Shown here: piece by piece, positions 38,071 through 51,530 of the stretch
Layout: every line of letters starts with the position of its first letter
How positions within the stretch are numbered: position 1 is the first letter of the stretch
From: Chiloscyllium plagiosum
Taxonomy: Eukaryota
Length of the DNA stretch: 64,000 bases
NCBI RefSeq assembly: GCF_004010195.1
Contig: NC_057735.1
Location: 11,411,577 to 11,475,576, forward strand
Direction of reading: 5' to 3'
The notes under the pieces: model-generated
Database searches by the model: none
Told to the model about the DNA's origin: nothing
Seen by the model: only the letters and a program-made list of their open reading frames with translations
Position numbers and translations under genes: made by a program

Positions 38071-39689
38071 TGTAGAGATTTGCAGTAAAGTAATTGCTAA
38101 GAGGACACAAGAAATATGTATAGGTAGATAGGGATCAGTTCAGTGAGTGGGAAAATCTTTGGCAAAATGTGGAATAACGTGTCTGTATTTTCATTGCAAG
38201 GAACAATAGAAAAGCAGCATCATATTCCCATGAAGAACGCTTGCCAGATTCTGACATAAAAAAGGGATTGGGAATGTGCTGGGATATGAATCATGAAGGG
38301 CTGGAATGTGAAACCAGCAAGTGATGGTGAACTGATTGTTGTGATTTTTTTGCAATGGAAGTGGAATATAAAATTCAGGATGGTTTGCCTCAGTTGTAAA
38401 GGGTATTGCTGAGATCACATTTGGAATTTTGCACATAGATTTCATTTCTCTATTTAATAAATGATACAAATGGGCGACAAGCTGTTCAGAGAAAGTTCAC
38501 TTCACTGATATCTAACATGAGGAAGTATGGTTATCTCATGGGGAGATGCAGAATAGTTGGGATTCCAAAGAGGAACTTATAGCTTGCTGTATTGTACACT
38601 GTCACTCTCCTTCCAAAATGATGGAGCTCAAGGATCTTCCAGCTCAGAGAGTACAATAGAAAGGACCAATTCTGGATCTTGTATTAACTGAGAGACATTC
38701 CCGATATTCTATTGTGTGTTCAAAGCTCAATAACTCTCAATCTGATTACACATTAAACAATCACACTATGCTCACACAATCTACAATACATTCAATGTTT
38801 TGTTGGAACACCTTTGGAGGGAGGGGTTCATGAAGTCCTGCACGGCTGTAATAGAAATTTCTTTATTAGCTTCAGGTGGAAATGATTTTAATGTATTAAT
38901 TATAGTTCTTTGCGTAATCAGAGTCTCATGAAGGAATGGGCTATAATCCTTTGGTTGTTCTTTTCTACTCTGGCAGTTTGGTCTGTTTCAATCACGTGCT
39001 ACACTCGTTTTCAGACGTCCCAGGCACAATGATTTAAACCTTTTTTTCTGACATTTACAAATATTTCCCTTCAGTTCAAAAGCTCAAGCACTTTTAAAGT
39101 TGCCTAGAAAAGCAGCAAATAACCCACAAATAAATGATTTATTCATTAACCAGAATGAACCAATGTCGCTATTCTAGTAGTATAATAATGGCTTTTGAAG
39201 TTCATGTTATACTTGCCAACAGAATGTTTCATTGGTCTGGAAATTTTTGACTTAAGTTGGAAATTAGACATGGAATGAATCAAATACACAATGGATACAA
39301 ATTAATTCTTATAGTTTAATTCTTATATGTTAATGGTTAACATACACAGTCTGTGAGATAGAAGTATACATGCTTAACCTTCTAAATATACCCTAACTAC
39401 AGACATAAACATATTCATACACATACACATATACTCATACTCTGGCAAATAGAAAATAAAACCGATTTCTCTGCAGAAAGACAAACACGTTAGCCAATGG
39501 ATTACTTAGAGGGAAAAACATAGGATGCTTCAAAGTCTGTTATACTGATGTTCTGGCAAGAGTGTTCAAGTCACTAATCACATATGGTCATGTCAGCTAT
39601 CTTTTGTGACAGCATTATCAAGAAACACAATTTTCAGCTGACCTTTTCAAAAGCACAACCATGAACTGATACGGAGGCTTTCTGTTCAG

Positions 39690-40270
39690 AAACTATAGAG
39701 TCATTTAGTCATACCCTTCAGTCTATCTAGTCCACATAAAAACATTCTCAAAGTAAACTGATCCCATGGTTTGGCCCATATCCCTTCAAACCTTTCCTAT
39801 TTATTCACTTATCCAAATATCTTTTACATGTTCCAACTGTACCTGCATTCACAACCTTCTCTGACACTTCACTCCACATGCCAACCACCCCTGAAGTCCT
39901 TATTAAGTCTTTCTCCCTCACCTTAAAATATGCTCCCTAATTTTGAACTCCTGCACCATAGAGATAAGACACTTAGTATTCACCTTGTCTATGCACCCCC
40001 TCCCCCATGATTTTATAAACTTCTACAAGGTCACCCCTCAACTTCCTACACTCCAGTGAAAGTAATCTCAACCTATCCAACCAATTTTAATAACACACTC
40101 TCCATTCCTACCAACACCCTGGTCAATATTTTCAGAACCCTCTCCAGTTTAGTATTGTTATTCCTATAACAGCGTGACCAAAATTGGACACAACATAATC
40201 CAGACGAGGCCTAATCAAACTAGACATAGCGTCCCAACTCCTGTACTCAAAGGTTTGAGCAATGAAGGTG
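39690..40270 (-). mobile_element. CR1 3' end fragment
   Basis: Antisense CR1 tail and ORF2 C-terminus. Confidence 0.75.
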
Positions 40271-40780
40271 GAAAGGTCAGCTGGACAGCTTTATCTTTGT
40301 AAGCATTCCTCCAAATTAACTTGTTCTAATCAAGCTTCCCATCACATCAGTTTGTCTTTAACAGGCTTCCCACCAACTAAACCAGATATAATAAACACCT
40401 CTCCAAGTCAGTAACTGATCGAAACAGCCCAGCAGGATATACGGCAAAACAAGCCATTACCACCAGTCCTGTTATTTTGTATTAAAAGCAACCACTAATG
40501 TCAAGTGTACCATCAATGTCCTATTTTTAAGAAACCACTTTGGGTGTGACCACAAAACTTGAAATACTTGAAACCTTGGAACGTCAAAACAATCTTCAAT
40601 ATAAAGTATCTTCATAACAGCAAGGTGATATTTTATTCTTTATTTACAATCTGAAAAACTTTGTAATGTTTCCACAAAGTGTATGAATTGTTTCTGTTAT
40701 AAAAAAGTAATTAACGTTTACTTATTGATTCAGGAGCAAGCTGTCATCTGTGCAATTGTCACAAATTATAAGATTCAAGG

Positions 40781-41073
40781 AAGTGGCACAGTGGTTAGCA
40801 CTGCTGCCTCACAACACAAGGGTCCCAGGCTCGATTCCAGCCTCGGGTGACTGTCTGTGTGGAGTTTGCACATTCTCCCCGTGTCTGCGTGGATTTGCTC
40901 CGGTTTCCTGCCATAGTCCAAAGATGTGCGAGCCAGGTGAATTGGCCAAGCTAAATTGCCCATAGTGTTAGGTGCATTAGTTAGAGGGGAAATGGGTCTG
41001 GGTGGGTTACTCTTCAGAGGGTTGGTGTGGACTGGTTAGGCCAAAAGGGCATGTTTCCGTACTGTAGGGAATC
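40781..41073 (+). mobile_element. HE1-like V-SINE
   Basis: Family consensus. Confidence 0.85.
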
Positions 41074-41734
41074 TTAAAAAAAAACTGAATCCCAGTTTGC
41101 AGTAACTATGTTAAAAAAAAAGTGTTTCATTATGTTTTTGAAATATAATAAAGTAATTGGGTTAATTCCCATAGATATGTGGAGGTGAGATTGGGAGCAA
41201 GCAGAGAGTCCCATCATGGAAGTTCCAAATCACAGCCACATTCTGCCTAATTCCAAGTGTCACGTGGACTGATTGCCTGAGAATCAGGAACTGTCCTGCA
41301 GCGGTCCAATACATCTCCTCACAGCTACTACTCTCCAAAGCAGGCAACTTCCTGGTCAACCTTTCCTATACCTTCTCCAAAGCCACCACAAACTTCTCGT
41401 AGCTGTGGCGACATGAACTGAACACAATATTCCAAATGTGGCCGAATTAAGGTGCTTTACAGCTGCATCATGACATGACAATATTTCTACTCTAAGCTCC
41501 AACTGATAAAGACAGGCATGACATAAGCTTTCTTGAGCATTTTAGCCCTTGTGTTGCCACTTTCAGGGAACTCTGGGTGTACGCCTCGATACCTCTGTAT
41601 GTTAAAGCTTCTTAGGATTCTGCCTTTTACCGTATACTTCCCAATTTCATGAGACATTCCAAAATGCATCACCCCACATTTGTCCAGACTGAATTCCATC
41701 AGGCATTTCTCCACCCAAGTCTCCAAGATATCTA

Positions 41735-44700
41735 GAGTCATAGAGATAAACAACCCGGAAACAGACCCTTCGGTCCAACTCGTCCATGCTGACCAGATGT
41801 CCTAACCTAATCTAGTCCCATTTGCCAGCACTAGGTCCATATCCCTTTAAACCCTTCCTAATCATATACCCATTCAAATGCCTCTTAAATGTTTCAATTG
41901 TACCAGCCTCCACCCCTGCCTCTGGCAGTTCATTCCATACACGCACCACCCTCTGCATGAAAATGTTGCCCCTTAGNNNNNNNNNNNNNNNNNNNNNNNN
42001 NNNNNNNNNNNNNNNNNNNNNNTACTCAGCCTCTCCCTATAGCTCAAATATTCCAACCCTGGCAACATCCTTGTAAATCTTTTCTGAACCTTTTCAAGTT
42101 TCACAACATCTTTCCGATAGGAAGGAGACCAGAATTGCACGCAATATTCCAACAGTGGCCTAACCAACGTCTCTATGTCCACAACATGACCTCCCAACTC
42201 CTGTACACAATACTCTGACCAATAAAGGAAAGCATTCCAAACGCCTTCTTCACTATCCTATCTACCTGCAGCCCTAATTTCAAGGAGCTATGAACCTGCA
42301 CTCCAAGGTCTTTTGTTCAACAACACTCCCTAGTTCTTTACCATGAAGTGTACAAGTCCTGCTAAGATTTGCTTTCCCAATATGCAGTACATCGTATTTA
42401 TCTAAGTTAAACTTCATCTGCCGCTCCTCAGCCCATTGGCCAATCTGATAAAGATCCCGTTGTAATCTGAGGTAACATTTTTCGCTGCCCACTACAACTC
42501 CAATTTTGGTGTCATCTGCAAACTTACTAACCATACCTCTTATGCTCACATCCAAATCATTTACATAAATGATGAGAAGTCATGAACCCAGCATCAATCC
42601 TTGTGGCACTCCACTGATCACAGGCCTCCAGTCTGAAAAAAACCTTCCACCACCACTCTCTATCTTCTACCTTCGATTCACTTCAAATGTCTAGTTCTTC
42701 CTGTATTTCATGAGATCTAACCTTGCTAACCAATCTACCATGGGGAACCTTGTCAAACGCTTTACTGAAGTCCATATAGATCATGTTCACCTCTCTGCCC
42801 ACATCTAGCCTCTTTGTTACTTCTTCAAAAAACTCAAGCACGTTCATGAGACATGTTTTCCCACGCACAAAGCCATGCTGACTATCTCTAATCAGTCTTA
42901 GCCTTTCCAAATACATGTAAATCCTTTCCTTCAGGACCCCCTCCAACAACTTGCCCACCACCGACATCAGGCTCACTGGCTTCCCATTCCCTGGCTTGTC
43001 CTCACCACCTTTCTGAAATAGTGGTACCTCGTTAGCCCATCTCCAGTCTTCCAACACCACACCTGTGACTATTGATGATACAAATATCTCAGCAAGAGGC
43101 CCAGCAATCACTTCTCTAGCTTCCCACAGAGCTCTAGGGTACACCTGATCAGGTCCTGGGGATTTATCCCCATTTATGTGTTTCAAGACATCCAGCACTT
43201 CCTCCTTTGTAAGATGGACATTATTCAAGATGTCACCTCTATTTCCCTACATTCTATACTTCCCATGTCCTTCTCCACAGTAAACAGTGATGCAAAATAC
43301 TCGATTAATGTCTCCCCCAACTCCTGTGACTCTACACAAAGGCCGCCTTGCTGATTGTGAGGGCCCTATTCTTTCCCTAGTTACCTTTCGTCCTTGATGT
43401 ATTTGTATAAGTCCTTTATATTCTTCTTAACCCTATTTGTCAAAGCAATCGCATGTCCCCGTTTAGCCCTCCTGATCTCCCTCTTAAGTATACTCTTGCT
43501 GCCTTTATACTCTTCTAAGGATTCACTCGATCTCTCCTGTCTATACCTGATATTTGCTTCCTTCCTTTTCTTAATCAAACCCTCAATTTCACTAGTCACC
43601 CAGCATTCCCTTCACTTACCAGCCTTTCCTTTCACCCTGACAGGAATATACTTTCTCTGGACTCTTGTTATCTCATTTCTGAAGGCTTCCCATTTTCCAG
43701 CCGCCCCTTTACCTGTGAACATCTGCACCCAATCAGCTTTTGAAAGTTCTTGCCTAATACTATTAAAATGAGCCTTTCTCCAATTTAGAACTTCAATTTT
43801 TAAATCTGGTCTATCCTTTTCCATTACTGTTTTAAAACTAATAGAATTATGGTCGCTGGCCCCAAAGTGCTGCCCCACTGACACCTCAGTCACCTGCCCT
43901 GCCTTATTTCCCAAGAGTAGGTCAAGTTTGTACCTTCTCTAGTAGATACATCCACATATGGAATCAGAAAACTTTCTTGTACACACTTAACAAATTCCTT
44001 TCCATCTAAACTCTTAACACTATGGCAGTCTCGGTCTATGTTTGGCAAGTTAAAATCCCCTATCATAACCACCCTATTATTCTTACAGATACTTGACATC
44101 TCCTTACAAATTTGTATCTCAATTTCCTGCTGAATATTCAGGGGTCTATAATACAATCCCAATAAGGAGATTATCGCTTTCTTATTTCTCAATCCTACCC
44201 AAATAATTTCCCTGGATGTATCTCCGAAAAACATCCTCCCTGAGTACAGCTGTAATGCTATCCCTTATCAAACCCCCACCCCAGCCCACACCAACAACCC
44301 CCCTCCCCCCTTCTCTTGCCCCCCTTTCTGTCCTTCCTGTAGCATTTGTATCCTGGAACTTTAAGCTACCAGTCCTGTCCATTCCTGAGCCACGTTTCTG
44401 TAATTGCTCTGATATCCCAGTCCCATGTTCCTAACCATGCCCTGAGTTCATCAGCCTTCCTTGTTAGGCCTTTTGCATTGAAATAAATGCAGTTTAATTT
44501 ATCCTGATGAAGGGCTTTCACCCGAAACTTTGATTTTCCTGCTCATTGGATTTTACTTGACCTGCTGTGCTTTTCCAGCGCCACACCCTTGAGTTTAATT
44601 TATCAGTCTTACCTTGTTCTCTGCTTTGTCCCTGCCTGCCCTGACTATTTGACTCACTTCTTTTATCAACTGTACCAGTCTCAGATTGATCTCTTTCCTC

Positions 44701-45910
44701 ACTATCTCCCTGGGTCCCATCCCCCCACTTTCTTAGTTTAAATCTTCCTGAGCTGCTCTAGCAAATCTCCCTGCCAGTGTATTATTCCCCTTCCAATTCA
44801 GGAGCAATCCGTCCTTCTTGTACAGGTCATTTCTACCCCAGAAGAGATTCCAATGATCCAACAATGTGAATCCTTCTCCCATACACTAGCTCTTCAACCA
44901 CGCATTCATCTGCTCTGTCCTCCTCTCCCTACTCTCACTAGCTCATAGCACCAGGAGTAATCCACATATTACTACCCTCGAGGACCACCTTTTTAAATTC
45001 CTGCCAAACTTTCCATATTCTCCCTTCAGCATCTCATCCTTTTCCCAACCTACATTGGTTCTGATGTGTACAATGACTTCCTGCTGGTCCTTCTCCCCCT
45101 TGAGGACATTCTGCACCCTCTCTGAGACATCCTTCAAATTGGTGCCAGGGAGACAACACATCATTCTGATTTTTCGCTGCTGGCCGCAGAATCGTCTGTC
45201 TATGCCACTGACTAGAGAGTCCCTCAACATAATTGGTGGCTTGGAACCCGACATACCCCTCATTATATTATAGCCAGTCTCAATACCAGAAACTTGGCTG
45301 TTCACACTGCATTCCCTTGAGAATCCATCACCCCTTACATTATCCAAAACAGCATACTTGTTTGAAATGGGGATAGTCACAGAAGATTCCTGCACTACCT
45401 ACCTACCTCTCTTACCTTTCCTGGAGTAAACCCATCAATGTGACTGCATATGTGACTTTTCTCCCTTCTTATAACTGCCATCCATCACAAACCCTGGCTC
45501 TTGTAAATTCCTCATTGCCTGTAACTGTCACTCCAACCATTCCATTCGATCTGATATGATTCGCAACCAATGACATTTATTGCAGATATAAACCTCAGCA
45601 ACACATAAACTCTCCCTAAGCTCCCACATCTGATAAAATGAACATATCACTCTACTAAAGGCCATTTTTGCTCCTTCCAATCTGCAGACCCAGAAAATAG
45701 CACCGTCTTACTGCTCCCAGCTAACACAATATTTAAGGCTTATATTTCTAACATTTAATCAAGAGACATATCTCAGTAAAATATATAATCAAGAAAGAAT
45801 CCACTCTACTCACTACTGTAGATTTACAGCAAGGTTACACTTAAAATTATACACTTATCTGTTTCTGTGTTGCGACCTCTCTCAAACAGGTTCCTCCAAG
45901 ATCAAATTCT
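41735..45910 (-). mobile_element. Near full-length, frameshifted CR1/HER1-like LINE (ORF1 SGNH-esterase-like; ORF2 APE endonuclease plus RT), inserted in an older CR1 fragment
   Basis: ORF1 RDSLV.GIDRRFC/CCLPG/VHIRTN (44943-45395); EN GLYYRP, GDFNLP, SDHNSI; RT KSPGPD, QHGFV.G..C, MDFSKAFDKVPH, KFADDTK; 3' tail at 41735. Confidence 0.92.
44503..44592 (+). mobile_element. Family-2 Penelope-derived fragment inside the CR1
   Basis: CTGATGAAGGGCTTTCACCCGAAAC; duplication AGTTTAATTTATC at 44491 and 44592. Confidence 0.7.
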
Positions 45911-46967
45911 ATTTCGTACTTTATCCTCTGGCAATCTTCGTCATGATCCACAGCTTCCTAATCTTTGCGACATCTGCAAATTTCTGAACAAAAGACCCTC
46001 TATGTTCTCCATTAGTCATTTATATGCAGATCAGAGGCAACAGGAGTCCCAACATGGATCCCTGTGGAATATCAGTGGTCACAAATCTCCACTCAGAAAA
46101 GCACTTTTCCACTACTAATCTCTGTCTTCTATGACTGAACCAATTCTGTATTCATCTCAACAGCTCATTGCGGATCCCATGTGACAGCACCATCTGTATC
46201 AGCCAGTCATGACAGACCTTGTCAAAGGCCTTAGTAAAATCCCTACAAACAACATCCACTGCCATGCCCACATCAATCCTCTTTGTTACTTCCTCAAACA
46301 GCTCAGGTTTGTGAGACACAAGTACCCCTGCACAAAGCCATGCTGCCTATCACTAAGAAATCCATATTTTCCAAATGTGCGTAAATCCTGGCCCAAAGAA
46401 TCTTCACCAATAATTTCCTTGCCACTGATGTAAGCGCACCAGTCTGGAATTTCCCATGTTCTCACCATTTTCGTTTCTTAAACAAAGGAACAACACTAAC
46501 TATTTTCCTCTAACACCTCTCCTGCCACTAAAACGGATCCAAAAGTTTTGTATCAGGCCTCAGTAACTTCCTCCTTAACTTCCCTCAGTATTCTGGGACA
46601 GATACCACCAGGTGTTGGGGGTGTGTCCAACTTAGCATTTTTCCACACACAGCACTTTCTACCTCCTCCATGTTCCTCAATGTATCCAACTGCCATTCCA
46701 ACCAATCCATATGGTCTGAAAGCAGCTGCAGTTAGACACACTTCCTGAGGATGTTCAAAACTGTCTCTGATTTACCACATTCCGCAGGAGAAATGTCCTA
46801 CCTCGCTGACGCTTCCACTAATTTACAGCCAATGAGGTGGTCCCCAGTGTTAGATTCTCATCAAAGAATATTAAATGCACTATTCTCTAACCAAGTTTAT
46901 TGTAAATCCCAGTATTGTATGGCTCAAATATTCACTGAAATCCCACTGCTATAAAACATGGTGAGTA

Positions 46968-47203
46968 TTGTTGTGATTTAACCACGACCAAGTGGATCTC
47001 ATTGACTATGAAATCCCTGATTGGGGCATTCAACCTGAGCCAAACAGGTAGCCCAGTCTGACAGATATAAACAGGAGATTCTGAAGGTCTCCCTCAGTCC
47101 AGAGACTGTCTTTGAGATGGCTAGTCACAGCCCATGTACAGTGCACATGTAAATAAAGGGTAAGTTGGTGACAGGATACCAGCCTCTGTGCAATTATTTC
47201 AAC
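46968..47203 (+). mobile_element. Gypsy solo LTR upstream of the copy C promoter
   Basis: TG...CA ends, internal TATAAA and AATAAA; homologous to the LTRs at 59085 and 60510 with the same flanks. Confidence 0.75.
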
Positions 47204-47239
47204 AATGAAACTAAAGTTAAGAGAATCACCTGACCACTA

Positions 47240-47582
47240 CTGACCAATCAGGAGCCCTTCTGTCCAAATTGTCCCTTTGCAACGTGTGATGTGACAAAGT
47301 ACAGCTCCCAAGTCAGCAGCTGTCCCTTCACTGTTATCATGGTGATCCATTCAACAACAACAGTTTTCTTTCTATAAATGTGTTGGAAGGCACCCAGACA
47401 CTTAATGAGGAACTCAGTTGTTGACCCAAGTTGACCTCATAGATTGTGAAAGAGGAACTGGTCAGTTCAACTGCAATATGAAGCAAGAAGTGGCAGAAAA
47501 AACTGGGAGTCAACTGATTCAAATACCTTTCCTGACAGACAATGTCTGAACAGTGAGAATTCACCCACCAGAAACAGCTGGA
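47240..47582 (+). promoter_or_regulatory. Putative copy C promoter: CCAAT box, E-box, PU.1/ETS GAGGAA boxes
   Basis: GACCAATCAG at 47242, CAGCTG at 47317, GAGGAACT at 47407 and 47452; conserved in copy D. Confidence 0.5.
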
Positions 47583-47625
47583 ATGATGAATACAATTATG
47601 TTTTTCATTCTTATCTTTGTGTCAA
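47583..47625 (+). CDS. Copy C leader (signal peptide) exon: MMNTIMFFILIFVS
   Basis: ATG, hydrophobic core, A|GTAAGT phase-1 donor; paralogous exon at 61047. Confidence 0.85.
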
Positions 47626-48989
47626 GTAAGTCTCCTTTCAGATCTCGATCTTTAGTATAATTAAAAAGTTCATTTGCAATCAGAGCTGAGAAAGACCAGA
47701 AGTGTTTAAATGTTACAGTCACCAGTTGGTTTGTTAGGGATAAGTTACTGACAAGTTGTTTGGAAAGTTGGTATTGTGATTGAGGTCAGTCTGCTCCCCC
47801 AGCATCACCCGCCTGGTTTTGTTTCTCTCTGTGGGATCCCACTGAACCTGAATGTTTCTGTCCTGTCCCTCAAACCAGAGTTCCTCGTCAGTGCTAACAC
47901 AGTAACTGCAAGTTTGTCTTTGAAGTAATGAAGGCTCTACAATTGGGCAGCTTAACCCACCCAAAGTCCTTCAGAGAAGGGAGGGCTGTGGTACAATGGG
48001 ATTGTTCATGGTCACGTCATCCAGAGACCCAGGCTCAAGTCACACAATGGAGGATGGAGAGACCTGAACTTCACAAATCTGGATATCTATCAGACCCTTT
48101 AGGGAAGGAAATCTGCCGACTGACATGTCATTGCAGACTCACAGCGATGTGGTTGATGCACGACTGCTTTTGAAATTCAGAATATACTCAGCTCAGGGAT
48201 AACTAAAGAGGAGAAGCTTGGATGCCAGTGGTAGCCACATGCCAGGGAAAGAATTTATGAAATAATATTTCAAAATGTAAACTTTAACGCAGCATCCATT
48301 GGGTCCACTGAATCCAGTATCATGCCTCCTTCACTCGATGCCCAAGTGCAGACTGAGAAACGATGGCTAATGGTTGAGAAAGCAATTTCAGATTTGATCA
48401 AAGAAAATATTTTAAAAAGTCAATATTTTCCCGAATGCCATGAACAAACCAGGGGCTGGGTTTTCCAGTCCCACATTGAGCAAGTGCACAGTGGGGGCAT
48501 CAAACAGAAAGTGGGTGTGGCCAGGAGGTTCCACTTCCCCCAGGCCCATCCCAACACCCACAACTTTCTTCGCAATAACAAATGGGCAAACTGGGAAAAC
48601 CAGTGAAAAGGGAGGGAGGAATTCCTCCCCACTGAGCTTCGTTCATCTTCCCTACATCAAAGATCAGTGTAGATAGAGAACATAAATCAGTTGTAAGGTG
48701 ATAAGTCTCCCCATGAAGCACTGATCGAGGGGAATCTGGCCCCAGAGGTAATCACAGGCTGATCATTCAGGAATATTGGGGCAAAAACTCAATGTACACT
48801 ATAATGTGTGTGACAGGATCGGTGAATGTGACTCAATACAAGGAACTCAGTGTTGAAAATCGAGTTTGGGATCGCAAATTATAAGGGAGATTGCTATAAT
48901 CATGAAATAGGAGTTCTTATTTGATTAAATATTTCCTGTCCTGATTCTCATACACATATCAATGATCGCTCATTGCTATACTCCAATAG

Positions 48990-49307
48990 GTTCACATCAA
49001 TTAACTGGGCCCAAGGAGGTTCGTGGAGAAGTTGGAGGTTCAGTCACTGTCGACTGTCGCTATGATCAGAAATACAATGAGCATAAGAAACAATGGTGTA
49101 AGGGTTGTGTCTTCATTACCTGTTCTGTTATTGTTTCGACTGATAATCCACAAAAACAAGGTGTATCATTGACCGATAACAAAACACGCGGGATATTTTC
49201 AGTAACCATGGATAACCTGAGGAAGAGTGATGAAGGATTATACTGGTGTGAGATAGAAGTAACTTTGCTAAACATAAGGGATTCCGTCAAATTAAAAGTT
49301 TTTGAAG
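48990..49307 (+). CDS. Copy C IgV exon, CD300/pIgR/TREM-like (CMRF35-like) domain
   Basis: LTGPKEVRGEVGGSVTVDCRY...KKQWCKG....C...DNKTRGIFSVTMDNLRKSDEGLYWC; second C-x7-C disulfide typical of CD300/pIgR; intact AG/GT, phase 1 to 1. Confidence 0.93.
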
Positions 49308-49487
49308 GTAAGATGATCATGTCTTTCTACTCTGTCTACCCTGCCCAAGATTAAACATTTGAAATGAGAGATAACCCTAGCTCTGCTCTGACAGTGACCC
49401 CCTGACAAATTCTGAGCTCCCCACAGGGGTGGTCACTCCTTTACTGAAAGTGCCTGAAATCTGGGAATACTTTCCATGGTGACAGGA

Positions 49488-50100
49488 ACCGGGAGAATGT
49501 CACACTGTGTACAGCACACAGCCCTGCCAAATCCCCGATGGCTCACCAGCCTTTCTTTCCATTTCTCCCGGGTGACCATGGCTCCAGTGTGGAGTCTGGC
49601 TCAGTTAGTACCCTCGTGACAGCTCTGCACACAGCAGGACAGAGGGTGGTCTTTTACCCACAAAGGCCATTGGGTCATTGACTTATTGAAAAGGATGGAT
49701 CACGATTAGTGATGGCCATTCGTGTGTCTGCAAGGAGAGTTAGAATATAAAACCCGAGCCTGAAGCAGCCCCAATAGCAAGGTCAACTATTGCTGCAGGG
49801 ATAGATGGGCACCGGGAGAATGTCACACTGTGTACAGCACACAGCTCTGCCAAATCCCCGATGGCTCACCAGCCTTTCCTTCCATTTCTCCCGGGTGACC
49901 ATGGCTCCAGTGTGGAGTCTGGCTCAGTTAGTACCCTCGTGACAGCTCTGCACACAGCAGGACAGAGGGTGGTCTTTTACACGCAATTATTGAAAAGGAT
50001 GGGATCACGGATAGTGATGGCCATTTGTGAGGAGAATCAGAATATAAAATCTGAGCCAGAAGCAGCCCCAATAGCAAGGTCAACTATTGCTGCAGGGATA
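49488..50100. repeat. ~320-bp direct tandem duplication in intron 2 of copy C
   Basis: ACCGGGAGAATGTCACACTG at 49488 and 49811; single copy in the copy B homolog. Confidence 0.9.
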
Positions 50101-51512
50101 TGGTGGTGGGGGGTGCCTCCATGCGTCTCAGAGTGACTGTAATGGAGTGTCCATTGCAAGGCGCTGGTGTTTATCTCAGTGGGTTCCCTACACAACAGTT
50201 CACTCTCCTGATGTCATATGATTTCATATGATTTCATACGGATTGTGATGTCCACAAACCTGGTCATGTTGTTGGTTTAAATATCTACTGGTTACTCAGG
50301 ATCGTGATGCTGGTAATATCCCACAGCAATGGGAAAGTTTTGGTCTTCCTTCCTGTTACCTTGCCTGCGATTTTTCAAACTTCTCCACCTCCCAGCCCAA
50401 ATCTAGGAGACTCATAAAATCAAACCCATTGTTACCATGCCAATTCCTGTGGTGTCACTGTCTGATCTATTTATATTATTAATATCATTTGTTTTCAGTT
50501 TGAGTTTGGGTTTTACTTTGACTTTTGGACAGTCCTGTGAAGTTCTTCCATGAAGCAGGTTGTATAGACCAATGCTCCGGAGAACAGAAGGATGTAGTGG
50601 AACTAGATTACCTCAGAGTAAAGAGTTGGCGGTGTGCGTCCCAGACCAATGGCTTTAGGCTAAACCCATGAAGAGATGTTGGAAAGCTGAGTGTTTTTAA
50701 ACTCAGGTGTCTAATAGCTCCAGGAACAAGCTATCAGCACTTCCAGTCTGTCAGTTAAAATCACTTGTGGCATAATCATATTGAGGTGTGAGAGACAGGG
50801 CCTGTGAGAGTAGTGTACAGGTGGTGTTTTAGTGACTGTACAAGGTGTGCTTTGATACTGTATGAAAGCTGTAACTTTTCTTTTCAATTTAAAAAGGAAA
50901 GATTTGGGATTCGTGGTTACTGCATACTTTAACCTCTTTCAATTTGTGTTATAAGCAGATAGTTTGGTTTATTCTATTTCATCATCATTTAGTTTGTTAA
51001 TAAATTTCAACTTACAGTGTAAACAAAATCTGCAGCATTTCAGTGTGTGATCACATCATTAAAATCAAAACAAAATAAATTATGATCTCTGAAGCCAGCT
51101 TTCAGTCTGGGATCTGACTTGTCCTGTAATAACATGAACTGGGTTCATAGCACAGCCCCATTGCCAGTCGATCACTTTGTGATCACATCTTCAACTCACC
51201 CACACAGGACGGGCTAAAACCAGAGTTATTGCTGCATTTGGTGCTGTAATCTCTCAGCCCACATTCAGTTTGCGTGTATTTTGTTGCACTTGCCTCCAAT
51301 GTACCTTGTTGTGCGCTGTCTAACCATGCTCATGCAATCACTTCCTTTAACACTAAACTGGAACGATCTGGTCATTTGTAACGCAAACAATTCAATGTGA
51401 AAATGTAATGTTAAGAAACAATTAATTATGACATTTTAAGTGGTTCCATTAATGGAAGTAAACTGCATGGGGAAATTGATTTCAACAACTTCATCAAATT
51501 GCTCCTTTACAG

Positions 51513-51530
51513 CGCCGACAGTCCGTGGCT
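51513..51530 (+). CDS. Residual stalk mini-exon of copy C (APTVRG), or start of a read-through terminal exon to the stop at 51661
   Basis: Stalk acceptor ctcctttacAG retained; rest of exon deleted; GTAAGT at 51531. Confidence 0.45.

Larger units (their letters stand above)
27090..39300 (+). pseudogene. Copy B: CD300/pIgR-like pseudogene (leader lost, V exon broken, stalk acceptor deleted)
   Basis: Collinear with copy C 47830-53050 (intron 1, V exon, intron 2, downstream flank), interrupted by TE insertions. Confidence 0.8.

Noticed and set aside
48990-49307. Rearranging Ig/TCR/IgNAR V segment
   Set aside because: The exon includes its own G strand and ends at a splice donor; no RSS heptamer/nonamer follows; the cysteine pattern is CD300/pIgR type
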